DNA from: Vicugna vicugna
Lineage: Eukaryota
Direction: 5' to 3'
DNA: 64,000 nucleotides
NCBI GenBank assembly: GCA_013265495.1
Contig: MU062074.1
Location: 62,001 to 126,000, forward strand
The notes below the pieces were generated by a model that did not search any database, had not been told where the DNA came from, and saw only the letters and a list, made by a program, of their open reading frames with translations. This document shows positions 47,151 to 64,000 of the stretch, piece by piece. The first letter of the stretch is position 1. Each line of letters starts with the position of its first letter. Made by a program: the position numbers and the translations under genes.

Positions 47151-48464
47151 CTATCCCCAGCACACAGCTCTGCTAGGTCCCCCAAAGTCTGCAGACACCC
47201 TTGAGGCTCTGTAAGGGGGCTCTAAGCACAAAAACCCCAGTGGAGTCAGGGAGGGTCCCTACACATTCATGTGATTTTTCTCCTGAGGGCTTGATGGCCA
47301 AATTTTGAGGATTCATTTGAAGTTCCAAGGCCAGGGGTCTTGGATGTCTCTTCCCCAGGGCAGGTAGCGGGTGCTCCCTGGTGGTAATCAGGGAGAAGGC
47401 ATGGCCGCAACTCCAAAGATGGGCTCTACCCATTTCCGGCCACCATCTTGGGGCCCACGGCTCTTGTGTCATCCTGGGCCTTTTGCAAAGCCTCATCTGC
47501 CCCTCACAGGCGCATGGCTGCACCACAAAGAGTCAAGGGCAAGAGCTTGTAGCCACACTGTGAGTCCCTAGGCCGACCCCGTCAGCTCTTGACGAAGTTT
47601 TGCTACCACCCCTTCTCCAGGAGGCCACAGGCACCAGGAGGGAGGACCAAGACCATTGCCCTCCCACTGCCTCCAAGTGGAAGCCTGGCCTCTAATCCTG
47701 TGCAGTGGAGCGTTCTCAGCTGCTCTGTGCAGATCTGGGCTTGGAGGGACTGCGACATCCAGATTCCAGTGGAAGAGTTAACCCTTAAGGGTCTCTGACC
47801 TGTCCCTGTCCCAGCAAGCTCCTTCCTCCCGTTCTAATCTAGGCCCAGGTGAACTTGGGGCCATGACTCACCATCCCAGCTCATGGGATAGAACAGGCCA
47901 GCCCACCATTCGGGTTTCTTCTCCGTCTACGTACTGCTCCCCCAGAGTCCTGAGGGGTAGCCTCAGCTCACGGCTCAGCCCCAGCCCCCACCTGCTGGCA
48001 CCCCCAGCCCAGGGCACTGCGCAGGGCTTCCGGACAGCTGGCTGTCAGCGGCGGGCTGAGGAGAGGCCTCGAGGGTTGGAGCTAAAAGCCTTGGGAAGCT
48101 GCCTTCAGAGGCATGGGTGGGGACAGAGGGCCGCAGACCAAGCTGGAGGGAGGACCCACAGTGGCCCAGCTCTCGCTAACAGCTTGAGGGCCTGGCCCCA
48201 TTGCCACACACCTTCATCTGGGACACTGAGCCATCCTTCCCTGGTCACGTGCCAGGCTGCTGGATTGTCCCCTCCAGAAAATGTACCACCACCAGACCAT
48301 GTGGTCCGTTCACTCCGCTCCCAGTCAGCTGCGTCTACCAGAATCCAGGCCATGAGTGCAGGGACCACACGTTCAGTTGCTGCTGTCTCTTCAGTGCTCA
48401 ATCAGGAATGGAGCCTGAGAGAGGGGGCTGGACAGACACTTGGGGGTGCAGCCTTTGCTGGGAG

Positions 48465-48878
48465 TGTGCCCTGGAACCTCGGGATGTGGTCTTAATTCAG
48501 AAACAGGGCATTTTCAGAGGTAATCGAGGGGCGTTAAGATGAGGTCCTGCTGGAGTAGGGTGGCCCCTAATCCAGTGTGACTGGTGTCCTTATAAAAAGA
48601 GGAAACAGGAGACAAACACAGGGAGAAGGACACATAAAGATGGACACTGAGACTGAAGGGCTGTGTCTACAAGCCAAGAAAGGCCAAGGAGGCCAGCCAC
48701 CACCAGAAGCTGGAAGAGACAAGGAAAAATCCTCCCCCGGGAGGTTTGGTGGGGGTCGTGGCCCTGCTCACTGCTTGATTTCAGGCCTCTGGCCTCCAGC
48801 TCTGGGAGAGGAGACATTTCTGTGGTCTGAAGCCTCCCAGCGCCGTGGTGCCGTTACAGGAGCCCCGGAAACACAAGT
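48465..48878 (+). mobile_element. MLT1 (MaLR) solo LTR
   Basis: gttaagatgaggtc...gtgactggtgtccttataaaaagagg...acaagccaag...ccaccagaagctggaagag...catttctgtggtctgaagcc. Confidence 0.85.
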
Positions 48879-49202
48879 GAGCAGAGTGCCGCAGATGTCG
48901 GTTCTCTGCTTCTCAAGAGCAGCCCGGGTGCGGGGCAGGGGCACCGCCTGGGTGGGAGCATCTGGGTGGAAAGTGAAACTGAACATGACCCGTTCCTGCA
49001 TCCGAGCTGGTCTTGTGACAAGACCCTATGGGGCGAGGTAGAGCAGAGGCGGACACTTAGCTTGGTCATAACTGGATGTGGGGTCAGGGCTGAGGGGCAC
49101 CCACATTCCTGGCCCACCTGGTGATGGGGAGAGGTGAGGGATTGGTCCCCATGGTCACAGGTGGTAAGAAAGAAACAAGCAGGAGACCGGCGGGTCTGTA
49201 GA

Positions 49203-49208
49203 TTTAAT
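49203..49208 (-). terminator. G6PD: G6PD poly(A) signal ATTAAA
   Basis: tttaat on the + strand, ~630 nt past the stop at 49840. Confidence 0.7.
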
Positions 49209-49839
49209 GTCAGGGGCCAAGGTGGGGCATCCCACCTGCGCTTCTACTTTTCCAGTAGCGAGGGCAACACCTGTGGGTGGGGTGAGATGGGGTGGGCCGT
49301 GGAGTGCACTTAGGGTGGTGGGGGAGCTGGGGGCAGCAGAGGGACACTTGGGGGGGGCTGACACATGGAGGATGGCTGGGCAACACGGAAGTCCCTTGCA
49401 ATGGGGGACCAGGGTTGTTGAGTGGCACCGAGGCTGGTGTGGTCGTGACGGCCACTTTCCCCAAGTCCTGAGGAGCTGGCCCACGGAGGCCTGCCGCGGA
49501 CCCTCTGTTGCTGGTAATTCCAGTCCTCCCCCAGGTGCTGGGCTGGAGGAGCCGCGCTTATCCTTCCTTCCGATGTGGCTCCGTCCCGCGGAAAGAAGCT
49601 GGTCGGGCAGGGCAGTGGTGGCCAGGGGTGGTCACGGCGCGGGGCTGGAGGAATGTACCTGGGCCATGGGCAGCAGGGGCACTGGGCAGCGGGGGTCTGC
49701 ACCCGGGCCGGGAATGTGAGGCTGAGGTCTGTGGTCCCAAAGTCCTCCCAATGTGATGCAGGTCAGAGGGTGAGAAGGCGGGAAGGACAGAGAGAGGTAG
49801 GGCCAAGAGGGTGGGGTGGGGTGGGGCAGTGCTCAGGGC

Positions 49840-60888
<11,049 letters not shown>

Positions 60889-61284
60889 GCTGTTTCCTGC
60901 TGGAAGAAAAACTCGTTGACAAGGCATGACAACAGAAGAGCACTGAGAAGCTGGCCCCTTTCTGGAGCGGTCCTTGGTCTCTCACCCAGCTGACACCCGA
61001 TTACTGACACCACGCTGCTGTGAACAGATGGGGAGCAGGATGGTTAGGAGGAGTTAGAAACTGCAGGCTCTGGGCTCTGGCCATACTCCCCAGGCTGCCT
61101 TCTTTCACGGTGTATGTTACAAAATCACCTAAAACATTAGTGCATTCCAGCTTAGAGCCTCAGCTCTGGAGGACTGAACTAAAAGCCTGCTGGAGTAGCG
61201 CAAGACCTGCCTAGGATCATCTCACTCGGGATTCGGGCGGAAACTGCAGAAGGAGCTGGAGTATGTTAAACCGTGCAGCTGATG

Positions 61285-61410
61285 GAGTGTAACTCCAGCC
61301 CTACTCCTACCACGCTGGGAGACCTCGGCAAGTCCCTGTCCCTCTCAGGATCTCACTCACCTCAGGGGTCCAATGGAGGAATGCAGGGGACAGTGAGATC
61401 GATTAAAACG
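61285..61410 (+). mobile_element. MIR-like fragment
   Basis: ccagccctactcctaccacgctgggagacctcggcaagtccctgtccctctc. Confidence 0.45.
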
Positions 61411-61772
61411 TTTTCGATTTCGCTCAGTCCCCAAGTATGGCAAATCAAAGTGACTCGCAGCACAGCACGCCCTACCGCAGACGCGGCACCCGCCCACTCA
61501 GTTACTTGTGCTTCACCGCCGCAGCCCGTTGCCCTCGCAGCCCCGGAGACCCCGGCAGTTTCCGGGGTCTGCGCCCCGCCAGCTCATTTAACCGGTGGGG
61601 GCGGGCACCTAGGCTGAGCTGACTAGCCTCAGGCGAGGCGCGCGGGCGGGGCTTCCGTGGGCCCCACCCTCGCGAGGGCGGGCAGGGCCGAGGGCGCGGG
61701 AAGGTGCGCGCGCATCCCAGGCCTGCCTCGGTGCGAGGCCCCCGCCCTTGTCCCGCCCCGCCCCTCGAGCAC

Positions 61773-61900
61773 CTGCGCCGGGCGCTGCGCGGGCAGCCTG
61801 CTGTCCCCACCGCCGCTGCGCCGTGCCCCCGATGCTTCGCGAGTCCGCGTGCAGTTCCCCGCCGGTTGCCCGCGTCCCCATCCCGGCCTGGCCCCGCCCC
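61773..61900 (-). other. G6PD: G6PD exon 1 (5' UTR; possibly coding in a long isoform)
   Basis: Donor GCGCAG|GTGCTC at 61773/61772; 5' end approximate. Confidence 0.7.
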
Positions 61901-62289
61901 TACAGTCTGGCTTTCTCGCCGGCTCCGGGCGGTCCTGAGACCTCGCAAAGGGCCCCACTTCCGCCGGCAGCGTGACCACGCCCCTTTGTGGGCGGGGCCC
62001 TCTGCAGCGCCCCACCTCCTCGCCGGACGGGTCGCTCGTTCAGGTCAAAGCGGCCCTATTAGACAGCTTCGTCGTGGCTCCGCCCTTAGCGGGATGGCAG
62101 GGCGGCCAAGCACCGGGTGCTTGGATGCCACCGCCGGACAGACAAGGAGGAGTGTGGGTCGCGACGCATATTACTGGGGAGCATCTTGCTGGCCAGCCGA
62201 GGCTGGCGGGCTCGGGCTTGAGTCCGGGGCAGCCTCCCTCGCACCTCTCGCCGGCTTCCAGGGTGGGGGCGGGGCTTGAGTGTTTTACT

Positions 62290-62454
62290 TCCGGATCCCA
62301 CAGCTACGACACCGGAAGCCGGAACTGGGAATTTGGCAGCGGGACAAGGGAAGGGCGACTGCGGAACCCGGACTTTCTCGGAGCGCCGGGGTCCGAGGAG
62401 CGCTCGGTGCCCGCCGCTCCTGCCCTTCTCACATCGGATCGATTCTGCTGACAG
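62290..62454 (+). other. IKBKG: IKBKG (NEMO) non-coding first exon; coding exons lie beyond the window
   Basis: gacaccggaagccggaa...gggaagggcgactgcg...gactttctcggagcgccgggg...cccttctcac...ctgctgacag|gt matches the human IKBKG 5' UTR as recalled; head-to-head with G6PD. Confidence 0.8.
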
Positions 62455-62889
62455 GTGTGGTCCTCTTCTTGGAAGACAGGGTACCACCGGTGGGCTTTCC
62501 GCCGCCTCCGAGACCCCTCCCCGGACGACCAGGCTTCCCCCTCCTGTTGGGCCCCGGCCCGTTTCTGCCGCCCGCTTCTAGAGCATCGGCCGAGGCGGGC
62601 CGGTGCAGGATTCAGGTTACTTTGGTGGCGGACGGGACTGTTTCCGTCTCTCCGTCCCGTGCCACCACGGAGTGTGACCACACCCCTAGTTCGTGGATGA
62701 CTCTTCTAGTTCGTAGATATTTTCTGTTCATCTAACTTGACTGCATTTGAGGTAGTTAAGTTCTATAAAAAGATCTCAAATATAGTTTGGCAGCCAAATT
62801 ATCTTACCTAATGTGCCTCACTTTGCAAAATGATTAATGTCTGTCGGACCTCCTATCACTTCTGTGACTTGAGGATGAATGGGCAATCC

Positions 62890-63200
62890 TGGCATGTTCA
62901 AGGAACAGTAAGGAGGCCAGTGTACTTGAAGTAAAGTGAGCGAGGGGAGAATACTTAGAGAGGAAGTGATGGGGGACCAGATAGTGCAGGACCTTGTAGG
63001 CTGTTGTAGGGACTTTGGCTTTTATACGGAGGGCAATGAGGAACCAGGGTATGGATCTGAGGAGAGGAGGGACGTGATCAGAATTACTTTTAGGCTGATT
63101 GTTATGGCGCGGTCAGGAGAACAGACTGTAGGGGGCAAGGGTAGGAGCAGGGTGACCTGTTAGGAGATTATTGCAGTAATCCAGGTGAGAGAGGCTGCTG
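62890..63200 (-). mobile_element. L2 fragment
   Basis: ggcatgttcaaggaacagtaaggaggccagtgt...gactttggcttttat...gagattattgcagtaatccaggtgagaga is the reverse L2 pattern. Confidence 0.8.
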
Positions 63201-63209
63201 CTCTGATCA

Positions 63210-64000
63210 TTTTATTATAAAAAATTTCAAGGATGTATGAGAGTAGAAAGAATAGTATAGTAAATCTAATGTACCCACGTCCCAGCTTCAACAGTGATCA
63301 ACTCGTGGCTACCTTTGTATAATTTGTACCCCTCACAATCCTCTCCCATTACTTTCAAAAACAGCTGTATTGACATATAATACACATGGCACACAATTCA
63401 CCGATTTCAGGTGTATAGTTCACTGGTTTTCAGTATATTCACAGACTTGCACAGTCATCACCATTAGTTCCAGAACATTTTCATCACTCCAAAAAGAAAC
63501 CCCATACACTTTAGCCATCATCCCCATCACCCCATCTTTCCCAGCTCTACGTAGCCACTAGTCTTTCTGTGTCTGTATATTTGCACATAAATGGAATCAT
63601 ATGCGGTCTCTCGTGAGTTGTTTCTTTCTCTTAGCATAAAGTACTGGATTTTGTTTATTCATCAGTTGATGGACATTTGGGTTGTTTTCACTCTTTGGCT
63701 GTCAGGAGTAATGCTGCTATGAGCATTCCTGTGTGGACATGTGTTTTCTTTCAGGTGGATACCTAGGTGTTCCCCCATTATTAAAAAAATGATTTATTTT
63801 TATTAATTAGGGGGGAGGTAATTAGGTTTATTTATTTTTAGAGGGGGTACTGGGGATTGAACCCAGGACCTCGTGCATGCTAAGCATGCTCTCTACTAGG
63901 TGAGCTATATCCTCCCGCCTTCTGTCATTATTTTGAACCAAATTCCAGACGCCATTTGTAAATGTTTCTGTGTGCATCTCTAAGAAATGACTTTGAAAGA
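63210..64000 (-). mobile_element. L1M 3' fragments (antisense)
   Basis: ttccagaacattttcatcactccaaaaagaaacccca...gttgatggacatttgggttgttttc...gctgctatgagcatt. Confidence 0.82.
63790..63918 (-). mobile_element. tRNA-derived SINE, copy 5
   Basis: Reverse complement: gggaggatatagctcacctagtagagagcatgcttagcatgcacgaggtcctgggttcaatccccagtacc...aaacctaattacctcccc. Confidence 0.9.

Larger units (their letters stand above)
61430..62700. promoter_or_regulatory. Bidirectional G6PD/IKBKG CpG-island promoter
   Basis: Dense CpG; ETS motifs cacttccg ~61957, acttccgg ~62287, ccggaag ~62312; GC boxes; head-to-head first exons ~400-500 bp apart. Confidence 0.85.

Overview
Mammalian genomic DNA, gene-dense and GC-rich, with the gene order of the human Xq28 block. 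The tRNA-derived SINE family suggests a camelid (recalled, not searched). Order: PLXNA3 (+, 32 coding exons, ~1872 aa), LAGE3 (-, 154 aa), UBL4A (-, 159 aa), SLC10A3 (-, 477 aa, with a 164-N gap), FAM3A (-, 230 aa), G6PD (-, 515 aa), then the non-coding first exon(s) of IKBKG (+) on a bidirectional CpG-island promoter shared with G6PD. I traced exon boundaries by hand from splice dinucleotides and frame continuity against remembered human proteins. Interspersed repeats are L1, L2, MIR, MaLR LTRs and five SINE copies; family names come from remembered consensus motifs and boundaries are approximate. Most notable observations: (1) LAGE3 intron 1 looks like a rare GC-AG minor-spliceosome (U12) intron. 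(2) An unexplained degenerate ~64-bp tandem array lies between FAM3A and G6PD. (3) The PLXNA3 exon 23 splice acceptor is missing, beside an 18-C run. (4) In-frame N-terminal extension routes exist for G6PD and SLC10A3, including a possible 9-nt ATG microexon. (5) An antisense IKBKG exon-1A orthologue sits in G6PD intron 2. (6) L1 sequence in that intron shows a local AT-to-GC shift. No prokaryotic-type system, CRISPR array or true RNA gene is supported.
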